DNA from: Bdellovibrio sp.
GTDB lineage: Bacteria > Bdellovibrionota > Bdellovibrionia > Bdellovibrionales > Bdellovibrionaceae
Assembly (NCBI GenBank): GCA_036676395.1
Contig: JAKFCY010000002.1
Coordinates: 896,001-960,000 of the forward strand
Length of the DNA stretch: 64,000 nt
Direction of reading: 5' to 3'
Shown here: one piece after another, positions 48,303 to 58,233 of the stretch
How the letters are laid out: each line of letters starts with the position of its first letter
Numbering within the stretch: position 1 is the stretch's first letter
The notes under the pieces: model-generated
Database searches by the model: none
The model's input: only the letters and a program-made list of their open reading frames with translations
Told to the model about the DNA's origin: nothing
Program-made: the position numbers and the translations under genes

Positions 48303-51017
48303 TCAGAAATTCGTGTAATGCGAAATCGTGCGCAACAAGATGCTGCGGTCGATAGGTTTGGTCACATGATCGTTAAAACCGTATTGTTGGGTTTTTTCAC
48401 GCTCTTCTTTCATCGCATGTGCAGTCAGGGCGATGATCGGCACAGAATATTTTTTTTCGCGTAATATTTTAGTGGCTTCGTAACCATCCATGACCGGCAT
48501 TTGTAAATCCATAAGAACAATGTCGTATTTATTTTCTAAGGCTTTTTTTACGCCCTCTTGGCCATTCTTAGCCAGGTCTGCTGTAACACCGGCTAAATTT
48601 AGAATGTGTTGAATCAGTTCAAGGTTGTCATCGCTATCATCAACTAATAAAGCACGAACTCCGGTCAGATCAGAAATTTGATCTTTTAATCGTTCTGACA
48701 TCGCAACGGCTGCTTTTGGTGCAAGTTGATCTGAAGCTTTCATTGTGGTTTCACCTTGATTGATGGTAATCACAAAGGTGCTGCCAAAACCGAGGGTGCT
48801 TGATTCTAAAACCACATCGCCACCTAAGGCTTTAGCCAGTTTTTTTGACAACACTAAACCTAGACCCGTGCCGCCGAATTTTCGGGTTGTTGTGGCGTCA
48901 GCTTGGGTGAACGGCGAAAATAATTTGTTGGCTTGTGCCTGTGAAATTCCGGTTCCGGTGTCTTGAACAGAAAATAAAATTTGCTGTGCATTTTCAGGAT
49001 TTTTTTTAACTTTAATTTTAATAAAACCTTTGTCGGTAAACTTAATCGCATTGCCGACAATATTAAAAAGAATCTGGCGCAGACGTGTAGGATCAGTTTT
49101 AATTGCCACAGGTAAGTCTTTTTCGGGTTCCAGATAAAGTTCTAAACCTTTACCGGTGGCTTCTAAATTTAAAAACTGTGATACATCATTTAAAAGATCA
49201 TTTAAACGCACATCGATTTTTTCGATTTGTAATTTACCGGCTTCAACTTTTGAAAGATCTAAAATGTCATTAATGATGGTCGATAAAAGTTTGCCGTTTC
49301 TTTTAATAATGCCGATCATGTTTTCTTTTTCAGAGGCTTTGGTTTTTGGGTCGGTCAGAAGTTCAGAAAACCCGATGATAGCGCCTAAGGGTGTGCGGAT
49401 TTCGTGACTCATATTTGCAAGAAAGGCACTTTTAGTTTCGTTGGCTACTTCGGCTTCTTGTTTTGCGCTCTTAAGCTCTACTTCGATTTCTTTATATTTT
49501 TTGATATCAGTGGCAACTAAGATAAATCCTTTTACTTCTTCGCTGTCATCAAATTCAGGAAGAAAGTTAATGTTTAGAATCGTGTCTATATCTGGATCTG
49601 CTTTAGATCTGGATTTTCGTTCATAGGCCAGAGTTTCACCTTTTAAAACTCGATCAATAAAAAATTTATTTGCAGGATACCGTTCTGGACCAAGCACTTC
49701 GGCGAACGAATATTTTTTGATGTCTTCCTGGTTAATGCCGAACCACTGGCAAAAAGAGCTGTTGGCAAATAGAATATTTTCGTCTTTATCAAATCGTGCC
49801 AGCAGTTGTGGTACTGCATTGGTGATAATTTTTAATTGTTTTTCGCTGTGGAGTACGGCCAGTGTGCGTTCTCGTACTCTTAGCTCAAGCTCTTCGCTTA
49901 AATTTTTCATGCGTGTAACATCGCGCACGACTTTTGAAAATCCGGTGATTTTATTGTTATGATCAAATAGAGGATCAATGACAATATTAGCCCAAAAATG
50001 CACGCCATCTTTACGCCGACGAATAGTTTCAGCCTCGAAGTGCCCTGTTTCGCTGGCCATTGCTAGCTCTAGCTCGAGTGTATCTTCGGGTAAATTGGCT
50101 GGATATATAATTGAAATGTGTTTTCCGATAGCTTCTTTATCGGTGTAACCGGTAATCTTTTGCGCGCCTGAATTCCACGTCGTGATAAAACCCGTTTCGT
50201 CGATAATAAAAATGGCATAATCTTTAACAGCTTCTACAAGAAAGCGGTACTTTTCTTCGCTGCGCAGTTCACGATCGCGAATTATACGTTGAGTAATGGT
50301 GCCGACTAAGGCTAAACCTAAAATAAAAAATGTGGCCACAACTGTTGTGAAGATGAGTTCATGAGTCACCAAGATATGCGCATCTTGAAAGCTATAGGCA
50401 GAGTCAACATGAACAAAAGTTGCGGCAAGCATCCCAACATAATGCATTCCTGCGATAGCACCACCCATAAGAACACTTGCCAGCAACAATAATTTATAAC
50501 GATATTGTTGTTCGCGCAGCTGAATCGAAACTGTTAAGGCAGAGTATGATGCGACTATGGCAATGATAAAAGATATTAAAACTAATAATTTGTTCCATTC
50601 AATATGCGCCTGCATTCGCATCGAAAACATGCCGATGTAGTGCATGCCACAAATAGCCACGGCCATAGCAAAGCCACCATAGAGTATTGAAAACTTGGTC
50701 ACGCGTGGCCTGCTTATAACAATTAAAGCTAAAAGACTTCCGCCGATGGCGACCAACACTGACAGAATCATTAATGGCACATTGTAGCCCATGTCCATTC
50801 CGGGCATTTTAAAAGCGAGCATGCCGATAAAGTGCATGCTCCAGATACCAAAGCCCATGGCTAATGAGCCAAAGCCAAGCCATAAAATTTTGTTTTTTCC
50901 CTCAGCCTGAGTGACCGGATAGGCTAAGCTTAAGGCGACGTAAGCAGCAAAGATGGCTACTAATACAGATAATAAAATTAGCCCGGGATCGTAGGCTACT
51001 TGAATTACGTGATTCAT
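48303..51017 (-). CDS. Hybrid sensor kinase MHYT-PAS-PAS-HisKA-HATPase-REC
   Basis: MHFIGM/MHYIGM/MHYVGM repeats, FLANMSHEIRTPL, GGTGLGL and MDLQMP motifs. Confidence 0.93.
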   Translation of the reverse strand: MNHVIQVAYDPGLILLSVLVAIFAAYVALSLAYPVTQAEGKNKILWLGFGSLAMGFGIWSMHFIGMLAFKMPGMDMGYNVPLMILSVLVAIGGSLLALIVISRPRVTKFSILYGGFAMAVAICGMHYIGMFSMRMQAHIEWNKLLVLISFIIAIVASYSALTVSIQLREQQYRYKLLLLASVLMGGAIAGMHYVGMLAATFVHVDSAYSFQDAHILVTHELIFTTVVATFFILGLALVGTITQRIIRDRELRSEEKYRFLVEAVKDYAIFIIDETGFITTWNSGAQKITGYTDKEAIGKHISIIYPANLPEDTLELELAMASETGHFEAETIRRRKDGVHFWANIVIDPLFDHNNKITGFSKVVRDVTRMKNLSEELELRVRERTLAVLHSEKQLKIITNAVPQLLARFDKDENILFANSSFCQWFGINQEDIKKYSFAEVLGPERYPANKFFIDRVLKGETLAYERKSRSKADPDIDTILNINFLPEFDDSEEVKGFILVATDIKKYKEIEVELKSAKQEAEVANETKSAFLANMSHEIRTPLGAIIGFSELLTDPKTKASEKENMIGIIKRNGKLLSTIINDILDLSKVEAGKLQIEKIDVRLNDLLNDVSQFLNLEATGKGLELYLEPEKDLPVAIKTDPTRLRQILFNIVGNAIKFTDKGFIKIKVKKNPENAQQILFSVQDTGTGISQAQANKLFSPFTQADATTTRKFGGTGLGLVLSKKLAKALGGDVVLESSTLGFGSTFVITINQGETTMKASDQLAPKAAVAMSERLKDQISDLTGVRALLVDDSDDNLELIQHILNLAGVTADLAKNGQEGVKKALENKYDIVLMDLQMPVMDGYEATKILREKKYSVPIIALTAHAMKEEREKTQQYGFNDHVTKPIDRSILLRTISHYTNF

Positions 51018-51159
51018 AGTTAAAAAATATCATGAAATTTTGTAAAGGTTTCGCAAAAAAGCATCATGGGGTAATTTGGTATATTTATAGACGCAGCTTG
51101 TTCGTATCGTTTTTGCTTTTCCACTGATTAGAGCTGCTATCGCTGCCATCGGAGGAAAT

Positions 51160-51750
51160 ATGTCCAATATTCATATTCCAATAAAGGAAAAGTTAAAATC
51201 AATTCCTGAAATGCTGGGGATCAGGCTCAATGAAGAACCGCCGTACGAAAGCGTTGAAAAAGAGGGTGATTTTGAAATCCGCGTTTATCAAAAACAGCTT
51301 CGAGCTTCGGTGACCATTGAAAATAGGCCCTTTGATGAATTCAGAGAAAAAGCATTTGATACTTTGACCGAGTATGTTTATGGCGAAAACTCAGAAATAA
51401 TCGATATGACTTCTCCGGCATTGCTCAGTCAAACCAGTGACAACAGCTGGACGATGAGTATTGTTCTTCCAGAAAAGTTTTCGCTGAAGGATATGCCTAA
51501 ACCGTTAAATCCAGACATTCAAATTTCTGAAGTTAAAGCTACGGATGTCGCTGTATATTGTTATCACGGAAACAATTCACTGGAAAAAATTGAGACTCAT
51601 AAAAAAGAATTACTTGATTGGCTTGATAAACATCCAAAATATGAAGCGGCAGGTGAAGCATCGGCTGCGCAATATGATGCGCCTTTTGTAATTCCATTCA
51701 TGAAAAAAAATGAAATTCATGTGCCGATCAGATCAATTGCTTTTGTTTAA
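51160..51750 (+). CDS. SOUL heme-binding family protein
   Basis: EEPPY...FEIRVY...IDMTSP...AQYDAPF...NEI. Confidence 0.82.
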   Translation: MSNIHIPIKEKLKSIPEMLGIRLNEEPPYESVEKEGDFEIRVYQKQLRASVTIENRPFDEFREKAFDTLTEYVYGENSEIIDMTSPALLSQTSDNSWTMSIVLPEKFSLKDMPKPLNPDIQISEVKATDVAVYCYHGNNSLEKIETHKKELLDWLDKHPKYEAAGEASAAQYDAPFVIPFMKKNEIHVPIRSIAFV

Positions 51751-52211
51751 GTCGTGTAATAGCGGTAGAGGTAATTTGTTCGTTGTCCGGTGAAATAGCC
51801 AGACAGAATGCCGCTTAAGACAAGTTCCCAATCGAAGTAGCGTATATACGCTACAGGATCAGTTGCCTGAAGATAGCCGAAGAAGTATTTCATGACGAAT
51901 ATTCCAAGAAGAATAATAATTAACGAAGAGCTTCCGGGAATCTGAATAGACTTTATATCTTTTAAAACCTTGATAGGAGAGTTTCGCACTTTAACAAAGC
52001 CTGCGAAAAGTCCTGCAGATAAGCCGACAAGATAGATCCATGCATCCGGCGAAAGAAAGACTCTAAATTTTAAGGCGATTAAGGCCAATGGCAAGAAAAT
52101 CAATTTATCGAGTGTAACGATGCGGGGTTTTAAGGCCTGTATGCCAACATACAAAAGATAACCTAAAATTCCCCAAACCCAAAGAGGCGTGTTTCTGATG
52201 ATATCAACCAT
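51747..52211 (-). CDS. Membrane protein (DUF6622/CcdC-like)
   Basis: TPLWVW...; IPGS; five hydrophobic segments. Confidence 0.6.
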   Translation of the reverse strand: MVDIIRNTPLWVWGILGYLLYVGIQALKPRIVTLDKLIFLPLALIALKFRVFLSPDAWIYLVGLSAGLFAGFVKVRNSPIKVLKDIKSIQIPGSSSLIIILLGIFVMKYFFGYLQATDPVAYIRYFDWELVLSGILSGYFTGQRTNYLYRYYTT

Positions 52212-52249
52212 GACCTAAGGTTAATGTTGATTAATTCTTAGCGCAAGAT

Positions 52250-53053
52250 TTAAGTCCGACGTTTTGGCGTAGTCGCTTTTTTACGAACAACTTCTTCTTC
52301 GCCATCTAAATCCACATCGGCATCGTCATTAATCGTTTTATCTTCGATCACTTTGCCGGTTGTTAAAGCTTTTGCAGCTAAATCTTTATGGTAAGCAAAG
52401 ATGACTCCGCCATCTTTAAATAAGTTATTCATTTTTTTAATTAGAGTAGTTGAAACGGCCGGGCAGCCCCAGCTTCTTCCAAGACGGCCTGTTTGATTCA
52501 AGAATTTTTCAGAAACATAAGTTGCACCATGCATAACGATATAACGATTAATCGCATTTTTATTAGAAAGATCGATTCCATGTAAATTTAATGAAGCGCC
52601 GTGGCCGCCATTATAAAGACTGCCGCCAACGTATAACCCTAGCGAAGACATTTTTGACTTATCGACATTTGAAAATTTCGTCGCAAAACGAACGCCTGAA
52701 CCTTTGCCGTGCGCCACGTGATGTTTCGTTAAATCACCAGTTTTGATATTCATAATATATAAACGGCGCACATCTGACGGCAGTGTAAAATCGATAACCG
52801 CAAGCCATTCAGTTTTAACATTGATTTGTCTTGAGCCTGCCGGCTCAGTGCTAGTTCTTTTAGTTGTTACTTTAATGGGTTTTCCGCCATGTTCATTTAA
52901 AAAATCAAACGTGCGTTTTAAGGCTGCAGCCGGTACACCTTTTTTAACAAATAAGTTAAAAACTGGTTCATCTTTGATTTTAAGGCTGTAAAAATCAGTC
53001 GCAAAGCAATTGAAGCTAAAAAGTATAACTGCGATAAAACTTAGTCTTTGCAT
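52250..53053 (-). CDS. Murein L,D-transpeptidase catalytic-domain family protein
   Basis: VAHGKGS, SSLG, IVMHGATY and GRSWGCPAV motifs; signal peptide. Confidence 0.88.
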   Translation of the reverse strand: MQRLSFIAVILFSFNCFATDFYSLKIKDEPVFNLFVKKGVPAAALKRTFDFLNEHGGKPIKVTTKRTSTEPAGSRQINVKTEWLAVIDFTLPSDVRRLYIMNIKTGDLTKHHVAHGKGSGVRFATKFSNVDKSKMSSLGLYVGGSLYNGGHGASLNLHGIDLSNKNAINRYIVMHGATYVSEKFLNQTGRLGRSWGCPAVSTTLIKKMNNLFKDGGVIFAYHKDLAAKALTTGKVIEDKTINDDADVDLDGEEEVVRKKATTPKRRT

Positions 53054-53092
53054 AAACGTTCCTTTGACTTAAAAGATTTCAAACAGGTTAGT

Positions 53093-53108
53093 AGCTAGAA
53101 GTGTACCT
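53093..53108 (-). promoter_or_regulatory. Possible sigma54 promoter for the L,D-transpeptidase gene
   Basis: Minus strand AGGTACACTTCTAGCT (GG-N10-GC); TGTC-N9-GACA at 53147-53163 lies upstream. Confidence 0.35.
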
Positions 53109-53351
53109 AGCTGAAGAGTTGTTTAATTCGAGTAGCCCACTAAAACTGTCCAGTTCGTAGACACTTAAGCGCTCTTAGGCGCACCAAAAATGGCACTTAA
53201 GTGTTCAGATTTAGACGTTTTTTTGCTTAGATTACTTGCATTAAAATAGCCCTAAGCTCTCCTAATTAGCACAGTATAGAAAAGTCATTATTAGCTGGCA
53301 ATTAGTGCGGTCTTTAAGCATTATGAGCGCTTATTAAATAAAGAGGCACAT

Positions 53352-53789
53352 ATGAAATCAATTACTGAATTCCAACCAACTACATTACAAAAAGTTTTAG
53401 CAGCTAAAAATACTTTAACTGCTGAAGGCAAAACTGCTGAAGAAATTTCTGCAGCTATTGGCGAAACTTTTAAATATGAAGGTGATAAAATTAAATACGC
53501 TCTAGCGGCTGCTGAATTAGCAAAAGATCAAACTTCTATTCGCCGTGTATTAGTAGCTACTTTTGGTGAAGGTGAAAAACCAGCTCCACAATACCAACAA
53601 GTTGAAGACACTTATTACAAAGTTGAAACTTTCAATGCTGCACCAGTTGCTCGCGCTGAAAAAGTTGATCCACGCAATGCTCGTCGCGGTGGTGGCGGTA
53701 AAAAAGAAGGCGGCCCTAAAGGTTCTCCGTGGGGTATGACTCCTGAAGAAAAAGCAGCTAAAAATAAACCAGCTGCTCCAAAAGCTTAA
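53352..53789 (+). CDS. Hypothetical protein, probably highly expressed
   Basis: Strongly biased codons, its own terminator and a basic Gly-rich C-terminal tail. Confidence 0.75.
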   Translation: MKSITEFQPTTLQKVLAAKNTLTAEGKTAEEISAAIGETFKYEGDKIKYALAAAELAKDQTSIRRVLVATFGEGEKPAPQYQQVEDTYYKVETFNAAPVARAEKVDPRNARRGGGGKKEGGPKGSPWGMTPEEKAAKNKPAAPKA

Positions 53790-53813
53790 TTTTAAAAAAC
53801 AGTTTTTTAATCG

Positions 53814-53839
53814 AAATGAGTGTGAAAGCACTCATTTTT
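53814..53839 (+). terminator. Intrinsic terminator
   Basis: aaatgagtgt-GAAA-gcactcattt followed by T's. Confidence 0.85.
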
Positions 53840-53859
53840 GTTTTTGTGGATAACTACTT

Positions 53860-54414
53860 ATGGATACTCCTGCAGAAAAACCAGTATTTAATTTTCTATC
53901 TTTTCCTGGAACAATTCATTTAATCGCGAATGATCAACAGTTGCAGGCTGTCGCTACTGACTTAGTCGCGGCCAAAGAACTTGGTTTTGATACCGAGACC
54001 AGACCCAGCTTCAAAAAGGGTGAAGTGCATAATGTAGCGATGCTACAGCTATCAACTGACACCGACGCTTACATCATTCGCTTCGGCCACATCTCGAATT
54101 TTCAGGTGCTTATCAATATTTTTGAAAACCCGGCCGTTGTTAAAGTCGGTGTGGCTATTCGTGATGACTTAAAGCAATTGCAAAAAAGATTTCAGTTTGT
54201 ACCCCAAAATTTTATCGAGCTGCAAAATGTAGCGAAGATTAAAGGTCTAAAAAATATGGGCTTGAAGGGTATGACTGAAGAAGTCTTGCACGCCACTATT
54301 TCAAAAGGGCCAAAAACCACAAACTGGGAATTGCCGATCTTATCAGAACGACAAATCAAATACGCGGCTACTGATGCCTGGATCGGGCTTACACTTTTTC
54401 AGAAACTAAAATAG
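53860..54414 (+). CDS. 3'-5' exonuclease (DEDDy, WRN/RNase D-like)
   Basis: GFDTETRP, LQLS and YAATDAW motifs. Confidence 0.9.
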   Translation: MDTPAEKPVFNFLSFPGTIHLIANDQQLQAVATDLVAAKELGFDTETRPSFKKGEVHNVAMLQLSTDTDAYIIRFGHISNFQVLINIFENPAVVKVGVAIRDDLKQLQKRFQFVPQNFIELQNVAKIKGLKNMGLKGMTEEVLHATISKGPKTTNWELPILSERQIKYAATDAWIGLTLFQKLK

Positions 54415-54418
54415 TTTA

Positions 54419-55942
54419 ATGAACTTTTTAAGATTATCAGACATTTTACTTTCAGTTTTATTCGAAGACGAAGATATTCTGGCGATTGATAAAGCTTACG
54501 GTTTTAATGCCCACACCAACGATTCAAAAATTGAGCATTCTGATTTTATTCAAGATGGCCTGATCGAGATCTATGAAAAACAATTAGGTCGTAAATTACA
54601 TATCATTCACAGACTTGACCAAACTACGACCGGTGTCATGATTTTTGGAAAATCTGTCGAGTCCGCAAAAAAATACGCCGAATATTTTTTTAATCGTGCA
54701 GTTAAAAAAACTTACCTGTTTGTGACTAAAAATAAATCTGAAAAAAAATCTTTTGCGATTAACCAGCAGATTATTCACAAAGCAAAAGAACTAGATGCAG
54801 AAACTGATTTGAAATTTGTAAAAAAATCGGCCAACTTTGAATTATGGCAAGCCAATCCTCATACAGGGCGCAATCATCAGATTCGCATTCATGCAAAAGC
54901 CGCAGGGTTGTCTATCTTAGGTGATAGTAAATATGACGGTCATAATTATTCTTTTTTATGTTTGCACAACTGTCGTATCGAATTTCCAAACGGGATTGTG
55001 ATCTTATCTAAGATGCCAGCGTACTTCGAAGATTTATCTATATTAGATGATGTTGTGCTTGCGCGGGCGTACTTTGAAGCTGATCGAAGGCTTCGTTTAT
55101 TTGCTAAAGCGGGTAATGATCAGTGTTATCGTCTAAGTCATGGTGATTCAGATTTTACGATTGATCAGTTCGGTGAAACGGTCGTATTGACGTGGTTAAA
55201 AGAACGCTGGACAAGTGCTGACTCAGAAAAATTCACAAAGTTTGCCCATACATTGGGTAAGCAGCTGATCGTGCAAAAGGTGCATTCAGAAACTAAAACG
55301 GCAACCTGGGTTGCGGCTGAAGGTGCAGTTAACTATGAATTGCGTAGTGATGCTGGCCAAGTCAGTGGTTTATTTTTAAATCAACGACTTCAGCGCAACT
55401 GGATCGTGAATAATTCTGAAAACAAATCAGTCTTAAATCTTTTTTCACAAACTGCCACTGGCAGCGTAGCAGCAGCAGTGGGTAAAGCAATTCAGGTAAC
55501 CTCGGTAGAGACCAGTAAAAAATATTTAGAGTGGGCTAAGAAAAATTTTGAATTAAATCAATTAACGGGTGAAGCCTATAAATTTTTATATCGAGATAGC
55601 TTAACCTTTCTGGATCAGTGCAAGACTAAAGGTCATACTTTTGATTTAATTATTTGTGATGCCCCGGGATTTTTTCGCCGCGAAAAAGGTGTTTTTAAAA
55701 TTGAAAACAATCTTGAAGATTTAATTAAAAGCAGTCTGCGATGCCTATCAGGCAAGGGACAAATTCTTTTTTCAACTAGTTTTGATGCGTTATTTATCGA
55801 TGATATTCGTAAAACGATCGTCAAAGTTCAAAAAGAGTTAAAAATAGATAAACTTGAAATTAATTGTATTTTGCCTTCGTTAGATTATGAGTTGCCTGAT
55901 GAAAAAGTTGGGTTAAAATCATTCTTAATATGCAAAAACTAA
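54419..55942 (+). CDS. RluA-family pseudouridine synthase fused to an RlmI/RlmK-like SAM methyltransferase
   Basis: IHRLDQTTTG and TGRNHQIRIH, then GLFLNQR, VLNLFS and FDLIICDAP. Confidence 0.85.
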   Translation: MNFLRLSDILLSVLFEDEDILAIDKAYGFNAHTNDSKIEHSDFIQDGLIEIYEKQLGRKLHIIHRLDQTTTGVMIFGKSVESAKKYAEYFFNRAVKKTYLFVTKNKSEKKSFAINQQIIHKAKELDAETDLKFVKKSANFELWQANPHTGRNHQIRIHAKAAGLSILGDSKYDGHNYSFLCLHNCRIEFPNGIVILSKMPAYFEDLSILDDVVLARAYFEADRRLRLFAKAGNDQCYRLSHGDSDFTIDQFGETVVLTWLKERWTSADSEKFTKFAHTLGKQLIVQKVHSETKTATWVAAEGAVNYELRSDAGQVSGLFLNQRLQRNWIVNNSENKSVLNLFSQTATGSVAAAVGKAIQVTSVETSKKYLEWAKKNFELNQLTGEAYKFLYRDSLTFLDQCKTKGHTFDLIICDAPGFFRREKGVFKIENNLEDLIKSSLRCLSGKGQILFSTSFDALFIDDIRKTIVKVQKELKIDKLEINCILPSLDYELPDEKVGLKSFLICKN

Positions 55943-56349
55943 TATTAGCTACGATTTTATTATTTAACATGCCCTTATTCGCACAATCTTTTGAAGCAGG
56001 GCTTTGGAAGTCTAAAGAAAGTCTTGAATTGAATGGTATACCACTTCCATCATCAAGCGATGAAGAGTGTATCACAAAGGCTCAGGCAAAAGACGCTAAG
56101 GCAACCATAGCCAAAGAATTAAAGAAAAAAGGCTGTGCATTAACCAAATGGGTTTTAAAAAATAAAAAATTAGACGCCAGCATTAGATGTAATAATGACG
56201 ACATGGATGCGACAGGAAGCCTGAGTGGTCCATTCACCAGTACAAGTTATGAACTGACTGGTGAAGCTAAAGGCACCTACAAACAGTTGCTTCCTGCTGT
56301 CGCTGCGTTAAAATTATCTGGGCAGCGTGTTTCTGGCTGTGCGAAGTAA
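55930..56349 (+). CDS. Secreted DUF3617-like protein
   Basis: Signal peptide; AGLW...CIT...C...C...GQRVSGC pattern. Confidence 0.7.
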   Translation: MQKLILATILLFNMPLFAQSFEAGLWKSKESLELNGIPLPSSSDEECITKAQAKDAKATIAKELKKKGCALTKWVLKNKKLDASIRCNNDDMDATGSLSGPFTSTSYELTGEAKGTYKQLLPAVAALKLSGQRVSGCAK

Positions 56350-57156
56350 ATACTGCAGGTTTGTGCGGGCTTCGAGTGAAGCGGGATAAAGTTTGATGGC
56401 TGTTTGTAAAGTGCGAACGGCCGACGAATGATCGCCTAAGTTGTAATACACATTGGCTAAACCAATCAATGCGATTAAACTATTTGGCCAATTGCCTAAT
56501 ATTCCTAAATAAGCCCGTTTTGCGGCTTCAAGATTTTCCATGTTTTCTAAGGCGACAGCAGCGCGCAGATGAGTGATTTCATCGCTACTAGCTGAAACTT
56601 CTCCGGGTGGCAGCACTACGAGCGCCCAATAGTTTGTTAACTTCCATGATAGTTCAAATTCAGCCATATCCATAAATTGATTTGGCTGTGGGCCCGAGTG
56701 CATGACTAAGGTTTTATTTTGTAAATCGTAACCTATGACTAAAGCGTAATGCCATTGCGGTATCCAACTGATACCTAAATTTTCGAAAACAATCACGACA
56801 TGACCAGCATCAAGTTCTTTAAGGATGGCCGCAAAACCTGTAATAGGAATTGCCAGATAACCTTGGCGTCTAGCTGCTGAAATCATACTTTCTTGTAAAC
56901 TGCCCTTGGCCTTCGGCGAATAAACTTGCGAGGTGATTTCGTCGGTGTTGTAGGAATTGCCGGTGGCCGCAATAGCCATAGCCAGAGTCGCCGGGCCACA
57001 GTGACCAACGTTTTGTTCGATGTATGGCGCGATGTTGTTTACACTGAGCTTTAAGCTTGTTGTAGAGCGAGATAAAGCATCTGTTTGAACCGTTGAAGAT
57101 GCGCAGCCCGCAAGGCAAGCTGCGCACCATAAAAGAATTAACTTAAAATTAATCAT
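56314..57156 (-). CDS. PA2778-family C39-like cysteine peptidase with TPR, lipoprotein
   Basis: LAGC lipobox, Q..HCGPATLAM, WHYALVIGYD; C-terminal TPR. Confidence 0.87.
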   Translation of the reverse strand: MINFKLILLWCAACLAGCASSTVQTDALSRSTTSLKLSVNNIAPYIEQNVGHCGPATLAMAIAATGNSYNTDEITSQVYSPKAKGSLQESMISAARRQGYLAIPITGFAAILKELDAGHVVIVFENLGISWIPQWHYALVIGYDLQNKTLVMHSGPQPNQFMDMAEFELSWKLTNYWALVVLPPGEVSASSDEITHLRAAVALENMENLEAAKRAYLGILGNWPNSLIALIGLANVYYNLGDHSSAVRTLQTAIKLYPASLEARTNLQYLLRTARNTLPR

Positions 57157-57524
57157 ATGCGTTTTACTAAATAAATAATCAGAACAATTAACAAGACAGT
57201 GACTAAAATGTCTCCCCCGTATTGGGCCTTGTCTATTTGCCCAGATAGATTTTGCAATTCGATATCTGATAACGAAGCAATTCTGGCTTTAGCTTCAGCT
57301 AAACTAACACCTTGCTCGATCAGTTTTTGTTCGATCTGTTGTTGATTTAGGTATGAGGCTACTTTTTCTTGTGTAGCTTTGCGGTCATAATTGGCAAGCA
57401 CATCGGCTGTCGAAATCATTTTTCTGGCTTGCACAGTTTCAGCAAAAACCACTTGCGGTAAATGCGAAAGCGACAGTGATAGAAAACCGGCTGTGAAAAA
57501 GCGAACGCGATTGTTGAATTGCAT
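57153..57524 (-). CDS. PA2779-family protein
   Basis: L..QGV...EAKARIASLSD.EL...GG plus a C-terminal TM; directly upstream of the PA2778-like gene. Confidence 0.85.
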   Translation of the reverse strand: MQFNNRVRFFTAGFLSLSLSHLPQVVFAETVQARKMISTADVLANYDRKATQEKVASYLNQQQIEQKLIEQGVSLAEAKARIASLSDIELQNLSGQIDKAQYGGDILVTVLLIVLIIYLVKRI

Positions 57525-57656
57525 AAGGACTCCTTTATACGTCTTAAATTATGCGAGCAATAGTTGATGTTTAGATCAAGCGGGTTTGAAGAAACTGCAA
57601 TATGGTATTTTTGATGAAGCTATGGTTAAATAATACTGTTTTAAAAGGAGATTTTT

Positions 57657-58178
57657 ATGAGCATGGATAGATTTACGCTTTGTCTTTGGTTTAACAATGA
57701 GGCTGTCGATGCCGCAAAATTTTACACCTCGATTTTTAAAGACGGTAAAATCGGTAAGACTCGCTATTACGGTAAAGAAGGTTTTGAATTTCACCAACAG
57801 CCTGAAGGTGCCGTGATGACCGTAGACTTTTTTTGCAATGGTTTGCATTTTCAGGCCTTAAATGGCGGTCCACTTTTTAAATTCAACGAAGCCATGTCTT
57901 TAGTGATTACCTGCGATTCGCAGAAAGAAATCGATTATTACTGGGAAAAGCTTACGGGTAATGGCGGTAATGAAGTTCAGTGTGGCTGGCTTAAAGATAA
58001 ATTTGGCCTTTCTTGGCAAGTTGTACCTAAGCAATTCGAAGAAATGATGGATAGTGAAAATAAAGCCGGAGCAGAGCGCGCCATGAATGCGATGTTCACA
58101 ATGAAAAAATTTGACATTGAAAAGCTTGAAGGTGCTTTTAACGATCACGAATCAACGATCAAAACAGGCGAGCAATAA
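57657..58178 (+). CDS. VOC/PhnB-like (3-demethylubiquinone methyltransferase-like) protein
   Basis: CLWFN, ALNGGP.FKFNEA and CGWLKDKFGLSWQVVP motifs. Confidence 0.9.
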   Translation: MSMDRFTLCLWFNNEAVDAAKFYTSIFKDGKIGKTRYYGKEGFEFHQQPEGAVMTVDFFCNGLHFQALNGGPLFKFNEAMSLVITCDSQKEIDYYWEKLTGNGGNEVQCGWLKDKFGLSWQVVPKQFEEMMDSENKAGAERAMNAMFTMKKFDIEKLEGAFNDHESTIKTGEQ

Positions 58179-58233
58179 AAATGCAAAACGTGATCCAAAG
58201 AAACATATGGGTAAAGATTCTGGTTTCAACCTG

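Noticed and set aside
53191..53206. TGGCAC as a sigma54 -24 box on the plus strand
   Set aside because: There is no GC at the -12 position.
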